Shown here: one piece after another, positions 51,766-64,000 of the stretch
Numbering within the stretch: the stretch's first letter is position 1
Layout of the letters: the number at the start of each line of letters is the position of its first letter
Source of the DNA: Vicugna vicugna
Lineage: Eukaryota
DNA: 64,000 bases
Reading direction: 5' to 3'
Assembly (NCBI GenBank): GCA_013265495.1
Contig: MU058444.1
Coordinates: forward strand, 2,418,001 to 2,482,000
Notes under the pieces: model-generated
Seen by the model: only the letters and a program-made list of their open reading frames with translations
Told to the model about the DNA's origin: nothing
Database searches by the model: none
Translations under genes and position numbers: made by a program

Positions 51766-52237
51766 CCTAACTCATTGGCATGACTTTGGGTTTTGGGGGA
51801 TTTTGGGGAGAGGTTTTTTGGGTTTTTATTTTTTTGAGTTGTGAAAGAGTTAAGGCAGATTTAGGAAATTGCCTGATATTTGAACAATCAAGCGTAACTG
51901 AAGAATGACAGTTGACAATTTTTAAGATGATTGATGGATATGTGGGGATTGTTCATTTTGCTTTGTGTGTTTGAGTTTTTAAAAAGTCATTTGAGATAAA
52001 AATATACATATATATTAAAGGTTTTAGCTGCTATCTACGCTGGAATTCCTCTGAACAGAGCATAAAAATAATTCCTAAGTCACCTCAATAGGAATAGTTC
52101 TTATTAACAATTTGTATTTTTAAGCAAAAGCTTGTTGTTGACACAAAAATAAACAACTCACACTCATGAATAACTCAAATTATAAGTCAACCGTTAAAAA
52201 TACTCTAAGAGTGCTAACATAAATTTGTTTCTTATAG

Positions 52238-53515
52238 GTAGTACAAGTACCTGAAACAAAAGCACCTTCAGTTGTCACTCTGACCTTGGACCTTGTGGGT
52301 GGCCCTGCAGCCTCCCTGGCAGTGATCACAGAGACAGGTGCGGGGACGGCTGGGGACCCTGGGACATCGCAGGGCTGTCCTGGTGGAGCGCGAGCTCGCT
52401 GAAGAAGCTGCATGTGGATTCCTCCCTCAACACCAGTGATGCATCAGACCAGAGAATTTCTAGCAGTCTTATAAGCATGCATTATGGTTTCTTGGAAATA
52501 AGCATTTTCCCCTCCCAAAGTGCTTCCCTTTAGTACAGCTAACTTAACAGGATAATCAGAGCTCTGGTCATAGCAACAAAAACTCCAGCCCCTAAGATTC
52601 CTCGTTGTCCTAATTCATTACTGTATATTTACTATTACCAATGACTTCCCCTTTTAGTTTTTGGACCTTGAGCATAAGCACATATTTTAGAAAAGTACAC
52701 AGTGTGATAATCAATGTTCACAAACATGAAAGCGTCAAAATCAGCCTAAAATCTGATAATCATACCTAACCAAGTAATAGTGTTTTAGCAATAAAGTTAT
52801 AGGACTATTCTCTTATGTAAAAATGTATAAAGTAGCAATCTGGAAAAAAAATGAGAGCTGCAAGACCTTTTTTATTTTAATATGCAACTATTCCACTGCA
52901 CTCCTGAAAAAGAAATAAGCCCAAGCTTTGTGATTGTGAAAGTAATGCATCAACTTTTTAAGAAGTCTTTTTTTACATTTGTTTACACGCTTCTAACTTT
53001 TTATTGCCCGAAGAATATTAAATACACCTGTGTAATTTAAGACATCAGTACCATCTACAAAATCCTGTATGAGATACAACGTCCTATTGTTTTTGGTGGG
53101 TTATATTGCTACACTGCTTAGTTTTTACTGATTTGTTTTCACAGTATCAGAAGAGAAAATAACTGAAAACAAAATCATATGGGTTTAACAATCTCTCTCT
53201 CACACACACAAATATCATTTTGTAAATGAATGGAAGATAGAACCATCTTCATCAACAGGCTTCTCCTTCGATGTCAGGTTGTCACGTGTTGACAACTCGG
53301 CAACACCAAGCCGAGTTCCTTCAGTGCACAAAGTCATGTACAAACTTAGAAAGGAGGATGCATGTGATGGAGAGTCCGGTACTGTGGACCCAGGAACATT
53401 CCATACGTGTTGCTTGATTATAATGTGGTTGAACAAAATAAATATTCTTCAGGAAATAACTTGTGTTAACATTTGCTACTTTTACTTAAATATAAATAAA
53501 TCCCACTGAAAACAT
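52238..53515 (+). other. BEND6: Probable BEND6 terminal non-coding (3'UTR) exon
   Basis: Branch-like ctaac (52214-52218), pyrimidine tract and tag acceptor at 52235-52237. Followed by ~1.3 kb of repeat-poor, mostly AT-rich sequence ending in AATAAA at 53437 and 53495. The donor at 42513 requires a downstream UTR exon. Confidence 0.65.
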
Positions 53516-55247
53516 AAAGGCATTTGCTTGTTTCTTATTAATGTACAAAATCCAGGGAGAAAGTCGTCTTCTAGGCTGATGACTTCTTCACTCAAACATT
53601 GAGACATTACCATTATCACCAGACTGTCTTTTGTTTGTTTGTTTTTTTCTTAATTGAAGTATAGTTGATTTACAACGTTGCGCTAATTTCTGGTGTACAG
53701 CATAGTGATTCAGTTATATATATATATATTCGTTTTCCTATTCTTTTTCATTACAAGCTATTACAAGATATGGAATATGGTTCCCTGTGCTGTACAGTAG
53801 GACCTTGTTCCCACATTTTTTCTTATAAAATCACTGATGTTGTACTACAGCCTTTCTTGAATGCCTGTGTTTTAATGACAAGGTTTTTCCGGGTTCAGCT
53901 GTCTGCAGCTGGGTCCTGGGTGGTGGGCAGGCCCTCTGTGGGCACAAACACCACTACTGGCTGCAGTGGCTCATCTGAGACAGTGTTTTGTAGCCCTGCT
54001 CCCTCGGGTCGCCTGACCGCGCCGAGTCTGGAGGGACTTCTGGCCCTGGCCCTGCATCCCAGGTCCCCCAGCAACTCCTGAAAAAGAAATAAGCCCAAGC
54101 TTTGTGATTGTGAAAGTAATGCATCAACTTTTTAAGAAGTCTTTTTTTACATTTGTTTACACGCTTCTAACTTTTTATTGCCCGAAGAATATTAAATACA
54201 CCTGTGTAATTTAAGACATCAGTACCATCTACAAAATCCTGTATGAGATACAACGTCCTATTGTTTTTGGTGGGTTATATTGCTACACTGCTTAGTTTTT
54301 ACTGATTTGTTTTCACAGTATCAGAAGAGAAAATAACTGAAAACAAAATCATATGGGTTTAACAATCTCTCTCTCACACACACAAATATCATTTTGTAAA
54401 TGAATGGAAGATAGAACCATCTTCATCAACAGGCTTCTCCTTCGATGTCAGGTTGTCACGTGTTGACAACTCGGCAACACCAAGCCGAGTTCCTTCAGTG
54501 CACAAAGTCATGTACAAACTTAGAAAGGAGGATGCATGTGATGGAGAGTCCGGTACTGTGGACCCAGGAACATTCCATACGTGTTGCTTGATTATAATGT
54601 GGTTGAACAAAATAAATATTCTTCAGGAAATAACTTGTGTTAACATTTGCTACTTTTACTTAAATATAAATAAATCCCACTGAAAACATAAAGGCATTTG
54701 CTTGTTTCTTATTAATGTACAAAATCCAGGGAGAAAGTCGTCTTCTAGGCTGATGACTTCTTCACTCAAACATTGAGACATTACCATTATCACCAGACTG
54801 TCTTTTGTTTGTTTGTTTTTTTCTTAATTGAAGTATAGTTGATTTACAACGTTGCGCTAATTTCTGGTGTACAGCATAGTGATTCAGTTATATATATATA
54901 TATTCGTTTTCCTATTCTTTTTCATTACAAGCTATTACAAGATATGGAATATGGTTCCCTGTGCTGTACAGTAGGACCTTGTTCCCACATTTTTTCTTAT
55001 AAAATCACTGATGTTGTACTACAGCCTTTCTTGAATGCCTGTGTTTTAATGACAAGGTTTTTCCGGGTTCAGCTGTCTGCAGCTGGGTCCTGGGTGGTGG
55101 GCAGGCCCTCTGTGGGCACAAACACCACTACTGGCTGCAGTGGCTCATCTGAGACAGTGTTTTGTAGCCCTGCTCCCTCGGGTCGCCTGACCGCGCCGAG
55201 TCTGGAGGGACTTCTGGCCCTGGCCCTGCATCCCAGGTCCCCCAGCA
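52900..55247 (+). repeat. Tandem direct duplication, 2 x 1174 bp (52900-54073 and 54074-55247)
   Basis: actcctgaaaaagaaataagc starts at both 52900 and 54074. ORF-track peptides repeat at offset 1174. Both copies end ...aggtcccccagca. Confidence 0.97.
53495..53500 (+). terminator. Polyadenylation signal AATAAA (second signal at 53437-53442; both recur 1174 bp downstream)
   Basis: AATAAA followed by a GT/T-rich downstream element (tttgcttgtttctt) at the end of the putative 3'UTR. Confidence 0.55.
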
Positions 55248-55761
55248 GCAGCGTCCAGAGGACACAGCCCTGCACCCCCAGGCGCGCCTGCACCTCAGGG
55301 AGTGTGTTTTTGCGGGATCTCTCTGAGATCCGCTGCTGGGAGCCCTCCAGGTGCCCCCGTGCCTTTTCTCTTTGCACCCTGACCTCATGACGAGTGCTGA
55401 GGCCGGCTAATCTCACCCTCAGCGCTTAGAGCAACAGCTTCTAGCCTCTGCATTTCTGGAGGAGTTTCTCCTTCTCAGGAAGTGCACTTCGCTGGTACTT
55501 TCTGAGACTGGCCACTCAGGAGGCCCCCTTGATGTTCTTCTTGCATTTTTTGCCCAATTTAACGCCTTTTAGCAATTTTTAAAAGTTTTTGGATTCTGCA
55601 GATTTCATCTACTGCCTATTTTGCTAAAAATAGCAGGGGACAGGAGGTTTTGTTGTTGTTTCCATTTCTCCTTGCTGCTTTATTTGATTTCTTATACTAC
55701 GGGAAAGGAAGTAAGACTACTCGCATGTTCTTCCTGGAGACTTAAACCCAGTGCTGCTGGA

Positions 55762-55950
55762 TGGGTCACTGGCTGAAATACAAGACTCCCAGGTAAATCT
55801 GAATCAGATGAACAGCAACCAAATTCTGTTTTAGTGTAAGTATACCCCTTGAAATATTTGGGATATACTTATACTAAATAAATACCCATGCATCTTAAAT
55901 CTTAATTTACCTGGATGTCCTATATTTTTATGTGTTGAATCTGGCACCCC
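55762..55950. mobile_element. MER53 palindromic MITE
   Basis: Internal inverted repeat ttagtgtaagtatacccc...gggatatacttatactaa, ending atctggcacccc. Confidence 0.7.
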
Positions 55951-57104
55951 TCTGCCATCAAGAGTCTAATGTAATTCTGATTCTCATTCTTTTATTCAGA
56001 ATATGTTTCCCCATCCTCCCCAAGGCTCTTTTGATCTTTTCTTTCCGTGATATCTAGAATTTGATGAAAATATGTTGTATATCCTTTTTCATCCATCATG
56101 CTAGGTATGTGATGGATCCTTTCAACTTGGATACTTGTAGCCTTTAATTCTGGGAAACATATATGGTGTATATTTTATATGTATATAGTACTTATTTTAT
56201 GAAAAATATGTTTATATTATTTTAATTCTGGGAAATACGTTTGGGATATATTATATATACAGTATATATTTACATATAATATATGAAGTACATATAAGTA
56301 TATGTAATAACTACAAGATACATAATACTATTATATAATACCTGTATTATATTAAATAGCATTATTACATAAACCATCAGTGTCCCAGTTGGTCCTGGTT
56401 ACAATCATTCCACTGATGATAGTGGAAATGACACATGCCTCTCTGACCCTCCACCCAAATTCTTCCTTGCATTGTTGCCCTTGGGATTTATTAATTTCTC
56501 TATATTCCTTTTAGCAGGGAGTCAGGAGAAAAATGAACTATCACTCAGCCTTCTTTTTTGTAAATTTCCTGCCTATTTTCATAACAGCCACAAATTTATT
56601 CTTCTAGATGAATTTCTAAATCCTTTTGTCAACTTTCCACTCTCAAAAAAAAATCCTGCTCAAATTTTTGTTGTGATTATACTTAAGTAATTTTCTAATT
56701 TGTAGAGAATCTGTGTATACAAAATTGATTCTTCATATCTAAAAACAAAGTCAGCATTAAATTATAGTTTTTCCAGTCCTCAGTAATCATTCACATTTTC
56801 TCATGTAGATCCCACAGAATTCTTGTCATTGTAATGCCTAGGTGTTGCGTTTTGTTGTTGCTATGTAATTGATCACTGCTATACAGAAAAACTGACGTTT
56901 GTGTGTCTTTCTTTTTTAAGCATCTACTTTACTACATCTTTCTCTATTCTTTCTTTCCTCTTGGTTTTTCCCGACCAAAAAAATTTATTCAAATAATGAT
57001 AGTTTTGCATCCACTTTTTAAAATGTTTTTGCTATTTTCTCACCCTTTTTCATTGCATTGCTTACAATTCCCAAAACAATTTTTTTTTGGGGGGGGTAGT
57101 TTAT

Positions 57105-58320
57105 TTGGTTGATTGGTTTGATTTGCATACATTGTGAAATGATTACTCAGATAGGCTCAGCTGTCATCCGTCTTCTCCTGTAGATACAATAAAAAAAAAA
57201 AAGAAAGAAAAAAGGAAAAAATTTCTCCTTATGATGAGAACTCTCAGGATTAATACTCTTAACAACTTTCCTATACATCACACAACAGTGTTACCATGTT
57301 GTGCATCACATCCTGAGCACTTATTTATCTTGTAACTGAAAGCTTGTAGCTTTTGACCACCTTCTTCCAATTCCCTTCCCCAAACCTTGTGCCTCTGGTA
57401 GCCACAAATCTAATCTCTTTTTCTATGAGTTTGGTATTTGTTTGTTTTAGTTTCTACATGTAAATAAGATCATACATACATACATATTTTATATACATTG
57501 TCTTTCTCTGTCTGACTTATATCACTTCACATAATGCTTCCAGTTCCATCCATGTTGTTGCAAACAGTAGGATTTCCTCATTTTTTATGGCTGAATAACA
57601 TGCCATTGTGTATATCTATCACAGCTCCTTTATCCATTCTTCCACTGATGGACACTTAGGTTGCTTCCACGTCTTGGCTATCATGAATATTCTGCTATAA
57701 GCATGGGATGCAGGTATCTTGTCGAGTTAGTGGTTTTGTTTCTTTTGGATATATCTGTTTTCTTTGGATATATTCTTAGCAGTGGAATTGCTGGACCATA
57801 TGGTAGTTCTATTTTTACTTTTTTGAGGAACTTCCATATTGTTTTACACAGAGGCTGTACCAACTTACATTCCCACCAACAACGTACAAGGGTTCCCTTT
57901 TCTCCACATCCATATAGCATTCATCTTTTTTTAATCTAAAAAAATTTTTTTAATTGTAGTCAGTTACAATTTGTCAACTTCTGGTGCACAGCATCATGTC
58001 CCAGTCACAGCTTTCATCTTTTTGATGATGGCCATTCTAACAAGGGTGAGGGAATATCTCACTGTGGTTTTGATTTTCATTTCCCTAATGACTTGTGTAT
58101 TGGGCATCTTTTCATGTATCTGTTGGCTTTTCATACATCTTCTTTGGAGAAATGACTATTCAGGTCCTTTGCCTATTTCAGGTTTTTTTTTTTTTTTGAG
58201 TTCTTATGAGTTTTATGAGTTCTTTATGTACTCTGTATCTTAACCCTTTAGTAGATACACGGTTTGCAAATATTTTTTCCTATTCTGTTGCCCATCTTTT
58301 CACTCTGTTGATGGTAACAA
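57105..58320 (-). mobile_element. LINE-1 3' region, antisense, with a nested short L1 tip (~57930-58005)
   Basis: Minus ORF 57681..57920 ([38 protein letters not shown]) is the L1 ORF2 cysteine-rich C-terminus. Confidence 0.9.
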
Positions 58321-59004
58321 TGTTACATAATAGTGGTGGTAGTGGGCATTTCCATTTTATCCCTCACTTGGTTCTGTCAACAGGATAGAGAATGAATGGT
58401 ATTTATCTCATTTCCCTCAATGGTATTTATCTCATCATAGTTTAGTTTACATTTCTCTATTTATGGATATTTAAGGGAGAATTTGCAAACAGTCTGTTCA
58501 TCTGATTGCTTGGGAACTTACTTAAAACCTCAAGTTTTTAAAAGCTAGAAAGGATCCCAGCGTCTATTTCCTCCTTTTATAGATGTGGGTTTATCCACGT
58601 GGAGTTTATCCACGAGAAGTTAAGGGTCCAGGTATTGTTGTGTTTCAGAATCATAAGGTTACCAGATTCAGGACTTCTAGATAAGTATGGTTGGCCTGTC
58701 CAGGAAAACGCAAAGTGAGGGAAGAGAGAATGAGAAATGAGTTCATGGACTCCTTTTAATATCTTAACTCATAAATCACCAACTCAGAGCACAAGTAAAG
58801 ACTCAGGAAACATTTCCCTGTAGTCACATAAGAAACATTACTGCAAAAGTTAAAAAATAAAAATCTTGCTTTGAACCCTAAGCCAATAAACAACCAACCT
58901 CCTCTTTTTCCAACCTTTCTATTCTGGCCAGTTCCTTACTTCACAAAACATCTGCTAAGAGCACAGAATCCAAATACTAATACTCACTTTAAAGTTCTCC
59001 CTGA

Positions 59005-61272
59005 CCTTCCCAGACCGGACGCTCCTCCCCAGAACGGGACGCTCCTCCCCAGACTGGGATGCTCCTTCCCAGAAGGGGACGCTCCTTCACAGACCGGGGC
59101 GCTCCTTCGCACCCGGGCGCTCATTCCCAGACCGGGACGCTCTTTCTCAGAACGGGACTCTCCTTACCAGACGGGGACGCTCCTTCCCAGTCCGAGTCGC
59201 TCCTTCGCAGACCGGACGCTCCTTCCCAGACCGAGTCGCTCCTCCGCAGACGGGGAAGCTCCTTCCCAGACAGGACGCTCCTTCCCAGACCGGGACGCTC
59301 CTTCCAAGACCGGACGTCCCTTCCCAGACGGGGACGCTCCTTTCCAGAACGGGTCGCTCCTTCCCAGACCGGACGCTACTTCTCAGAAAGAGATGCTCCT
59401 TCTCATACGGGGACGCTCCTCCCCAGAGCGGGACGCTCCTTCCCAGACGGGGACGCTCCTTCCCAGACCCGACGCTCCTTCACAGACAGGGACGCTCTTT
59501 CCGACAACGGGTCGCTCCTTCCCACAAAGGGACGCTCCTTCCCACACCGGGACGCTCCTTTCCAGTACGAGTCGCTCCTTCCCAGAACGGGGCGCTCCTT
59601 CCCAGACCGGGACGCACCTTCTCAGAACGGATGCCCCTTCTCAGAAGGGGACGCTCCTTCCCAGAAGGGGACGCTCCTTCCCAGACCGGGTCGCTCCTTC
59701 ACAGAACGGGTCGCGCCTTCCCAGAACGGGACGCTCCTTCCCAGAACGGACGCTCTTTCCCAGACATGGTCGCTCTTTCCCAGACGGGACGCTCCTTCCC
59801 AGACCGGACGCTCCTCCCCAGAACCGGACCCTCCTTCCCAGACGGGGACGCTCCTTCCCTGACCGGGACGCTCCTACCCAGACCGGGGCGCTCCTTCGCA
59901 GACCGGGGCGCTCCTTCCCAGACCGGACGCTCTTTCCCAGACCGGACGGTCTTTCCCAGAACGGGACGCTCCTACCCAGAACGGACGCTCCTTCCCAGTC
60001 CGAGTCGCTCCTTCCCAGTCCGGGTAGTTCCTTCGCAGTCCGGGTCGCTCCTTCGCAGACCGGGTCGCTCCTTCCGAGACCGGGACGCTCCTTCCGAGAC
60101 GCGGACGCTCCTTCCCAGAACGGACGCTCATCCCCAGAACCGGACGCTCCTTCCCAGACGGGGACGCTCTTTCCCAGACCGGACGGTCTTTCCCAGATGG
60201 GGACGCTCCTTCCCAGACGCGGACGCTCCTTCCCACACCGGGGCGCTCCTTCCCACACCGGGGCGCTCCTACACAGACCGGGCGCTCCTTCCCAGACCGG
60301 ATGCTCCTTCCCAGTCCGAGTCGCTCCTTCCCACACCGGGCACTCCTTCCCACACCGGGGCGCTCCTTCCCAGACCGGGGCGCTCATACACAGACCGGGC
60401 GCTCCTTCCCAGACCAGACGCTCCTTCCCAGTCCGAGTCGCTCCTTCGCAGACCGGGTCGCTCCTTCGCAGACCGGGCGCTCCTTCCCACACCCGGGCGC
60501 TCCTTGCCAGACCGGGGCGCTCCTTCCCAGAACGGACGCTCTTTCCAAGATCGGGTCGCTCCTTCCGTGACCGGGACGTTCCTTCCCAGTCCGGCTCGCT
60601 CCTTCCCAGAACGGGACGCTCCTTCCCAGACCGGGCCGCTCCTTCCAGACCGGGGCGCTCCTTCGCAGTCCGGGTCGTTCCTTCGCAGTCTGGGTCGCTC
60701 CTTCGCAGACCGGGTCGCTCCTTCCGAGACCGGGACGCTCCTTCCGAGACGCGGACGCTCCTTCCCAGACCGGGTCGCACCTTCCCAGACCTGGGCGCTC
60801 CTTCCCAGAACGGACGCTCTTTCCCAGACCGGACGGTGTTTCCCAGACTGGGACGCTCCTTCCCAGACGGGGACGCTCCTTCCCAGAACGGACGCTCCTT
60901 CCCAGACCTGGTCGCTCTTTCCCAGACGGGACGCTCCTTCCCAGACCGGACGCTCCTCCCCAGAACCGGACCCTCCTTCCCAGACGGGGACGCTCCTTCC
61001 CTGACCGGGACGCTCCTACCCAGACCGGGGCGCTCCTTCGCAGACCGGGGCGCTCCTTCCCAGACCGGACGCTCTTTCCCAGACCGGACGGTCTTTCCCA
61101 GAACGGGACGCTCCTACCCAGACCGGACGCTCCTCCCCAGACCGGGTCGCTCCTTCTCAGTCCGGGATGCTCCTTCTCAGACGGGGACGCTCCTTCCCAG
61201 ACCGGACGCTCCTTCCCAGATAGGGACTCTCCTTGGCAGACCGGGACGTTCCTTCCCAGACCCGGACGCTCC
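59005..61272. repeat. GC/CpG-rich tandem array (minisatellite/satellite), 19-20 bp unit, consensus about CCTTCCCAGACCGG(G)ACGCT, roughly 115 variant units
   Basis: Periodicity is directly visible. Boundaries with the AT-rich unique flanks are abrupt. Unit count is estimated from length divided by unit size. Confidence 0.97.
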
Positions 61273-63059
61273 CTTGCTTAAGCAGGCTAAGTGCACTGGG
61301 TTTGCTGCAGCAGAGACAGCTCTTCGATGGTCTTTTTGGTTAGTTTCAACAATTTGGAGGTCCTGCCTAGACTCTGTTGAGATCCCCTTCTCCACACACA
61401 ATGTGGTGATAAGGAGCACATCTGAGAATCCTTGGGTCTGCACTCCTTTAAAGCCACTTGCCAAAAATGATGAGGTAAGTTTCACAATGAATCTGAGCTC
61501 TGAACTTTGCTGAGCTCTTTGACACAGAGTTTATTTTTCATTCCTGATTTTAAGAATAACATTTTGGATTCTCATTATAGCTACTACCCTTTGCTCTTTG
61601 GTTTAAAATGCCCTGTATCTTTGTCTCCTGTTCAGTTTTTCCGTTTGTTTTGTTTTAATTTGTTTTTCTCTAAGAAGTCTACTGGGAAAGGACAGGCATA
61701 GATCTGGTGAGCCCACTATTCAAGTTGGCTCTGAAGAACAAGGATAGGAATCCTTTGGATAAACTTGCTCTAGGCCACCTTTCAAAAGCCTGTAAGAATA
61801 CTCTTTGGTCTTATCTTATGTGTTTCTTGAGAACTGTCTTGATTATTTTCAAATACCTGCACTGGGACTGTAGGTTTCCATGCCTAGTGTTGACGACAGG
61901 TAGCCACCGGTCAGGACGTGGGGACACAGAGGCCATACACAACACTTCATCTTTTTTATTTCTCATCTTTTTCGTTTCTCACAGGCATCTGCACCTATAC
62001 CAGGTCAATACAGTCCTTATTCATCAGACTATCTTCTCAAATAGCACAATTTCACCAAGAGTAATTGAGAATTATAGTGGTATCTTGGGAGAACGTTGAA
62101 TTATGACTAAGATTATTCTTTCCAGAGGGGACTTAATGACAAAAAAGTGATAAAATATCTAACCAAGGAAGGTCAACTTTCTTCTGTTGGCATAAGAAAG
62201 GTTCAGAGCTTAGTTCTGACTACAAAATTGTTTCCCAAAAGAGTCTGTGGCTAAAGCTAATGAAAAACGTGATAAACAGTATTGCTTCACTCTTGGAAAT
62301 TCCTGTTCATCTTCTGTGCCTTCCTCCAGCCTATGAAACAGCCTTCCTTCTTTTTACGTCCCACCAACATTCTAATATGCAAAGGTCGTCTCCTTTCCCA
62401 CCTATACTTGTATTGGTGACTACAAAGTTGCAATTTCCACTTAAAATTATGGAGGGTAGATTTTTAAGCAGGACAAAAGCAGTTCTGAGAGCCATATTTT
62501 AAAAATTCCTGATTCTTTAGGAGGAATTAGGTATATTTAAAAGGAATTTTGAATATTCCTAAGTACTCAAAATCTCAGTGTCCCTGATTTAAACCAATCA
62601 GTGCATTTATCACATGCCCCTCAGGAAAGAAATGCTTAGTTGCCTTAGATGAACTGGAGAAGATCAGAAAATGATCTAAGTATTCTGGAAAACTAATATT
62701 CTGGAAGAATATTTTTAAAAAATGCTCAAATAATTAGATTAACGCTTCTTAAGGCTATATTTCAAATCTTCCCATCCAAAAGTGACCAGAAATTGATCCA
62801 GTCTTATAACAAAGGCAAGGTGAATCCAGTGGGGACTTAAAGGATCACCTAGTCATAATTCTCAGGTAATATTCTGGAATGGATCCAACTATAGATGTCC
62901 CCATATCATGTCCACCTTCTTTATAAATGGATCAAAACGTAAATTTTTAAATTAACCATATAAACAAGAGATTGTATGGTAGATAAGCCCTTGATCAGAG
63001 ATATAACAAATTTCAGAGTCTTTTGTAAATGTTTTACAGAGGAAAGGAGCTAGATTCAG

Positions 63060-63715
63060 AATAAAGCACTGGCTTTGCAATAGCTCAATGACAATGAATA
63101 CACCTAACACCCAGATCTTGATTTCTAAATACCATTTCCCACCAAAAGGAAAAGGGTCCCTTGTCACAATGCCTGCTTCCAGGGCAGGGGCAGAGAAGGT
63201 ACAAGATGCGCTTGAAACACTTTATGTTAATGCCAGGAAATAAGGAACTGCTCAAAAAACGATGGCCACATGAGCCAGCAAAAGGGACTCCCACTGGCCA
63301 GAGCGGGGACAAACTGAGCATCAAAATAAATGATGACTCTGGCAATGTAATAGAATGTCAAGTGAAAATACGGAACGATTGACAGAGTTAGAAAATTCCT
63401 AACTGAAACCATCACAGTAAAGATTGATCAGGCAACAATTATCAGAGGGTACTAAGTCAGGAAGCGTAAGTGTCACGAGGAGAGAATATTCACATGTTCT
63501 CAACGTATTTCCCCACAGATCGGATCTTGTTCTGGAGGGAAAATACTATAAAGGACATGATTGGGACAACTGACAAAATGAGATATGGACTGTAGATTAT
63601 AAATTAAAATTCATTATTTTGATAATTGTACTTGGTTATATAAGAGAATAGCCTGTTTCTCAGGAAATACACACTGAAGTATTAAGGAGTAAAAAGGCAG
63701 GGTATGTACAACTTA
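63060..63715 (+). mobile_element. Old L1 (L1MC/MD-like) 3'UTR fragment
   Basis: ttgggacaactgacaaaat...atatggactgtagatta...ttttgataattgtact...aggaaatacacactgaagtatt. Confidence 0.6.
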
Positions 63716-64000
63716 CTCTTTTCTTTTTAGGTAAAAGATTATTTTAGTATAATACAAAGAATGTAAATAGAGAAAACACTCCCTAATTGTCCATGAGGCT
63801 ATGTATGTGCCATAATGGCCAGCAAAGCTGATGTATTACTGGTATGCAACCTATCCTTAAATGGATCAAAAATATGTGTGTGTATATACACATAAATACA
63901 TATATACACATGTATATACACAGAGAGAGAGACTGGGGTGTGCAGGGAAGGATAATATAGCAAATGTTGCAAAATATTAAAAACATGAAACTCTGAACAG

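Noticed and set aside
54839..55416. ORFs of 183 and 115 aa in the GC-richer end of the duplication
   Set aside because: The 183 aa ORF begins in an antisense L1 fragment. Neither has recognisable homology or splice structure.
59005..61272. CRISPR-like repeat/spacer array
   Set aside because: Units are contiguous variants of one monomer with no unique spacers. The context is mammalian with no cas genes.
58871..61513. 880 aa ORF and overlapping 267, 457 and 379 aa ORFs
   Set aside because: They arise because the satellite unit lacks stop codons in several frames. The same peptides recur in different frames, the 880 aa ORF starts at TTG, and there is no domain or splice context.

Overview
Mammalian genomic DNA, most likely camelid: it holds 13 copies of a tRNA-Ala-derived SINE of the Vic-1 type. 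The window contains the complete coding region of BEND6 (BEN domain-containing 6) on the + strand. Five GT-AG coding exons (17698-17817, 23623-23800, 38872-39092, 40792-40984, 42376-42503) splice in frame to 279 aa plus stop, and a probable non-coding terminal exon lies at about 52238-53515. The first (non-coding) exon and promoter are not evident and probably lie upstream of the window. Most of the rest is interspersed repeat: L1 fragments, an internally deleted L1 that retains its 5'UTR and ORF1, solo LTRs, MLT/MER elements, hAT fossils, MIR and L2. The most unusual structures are: (i) a sharply bounded ~2.27 kb CpG-rich 19-20 bp satellite array with higher-order blocks (59005-61272) that generates spurious long ORFs; (ii) an apparently exact 1174 bp tandem duplication of the distal BEND6 3'UTR and poly(A) region; (iii) a multi-level nested transposon stack in intron 1 containing a 92 bp templated insertion and a perfect 26 bp hairpin; and (iv) two candidate acceptors for the first coding exon, one of which adds two uORFs. 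I see no evidence for a new protein-coding system. Repeat family names come from recall of consensus sequences, not from a database search.
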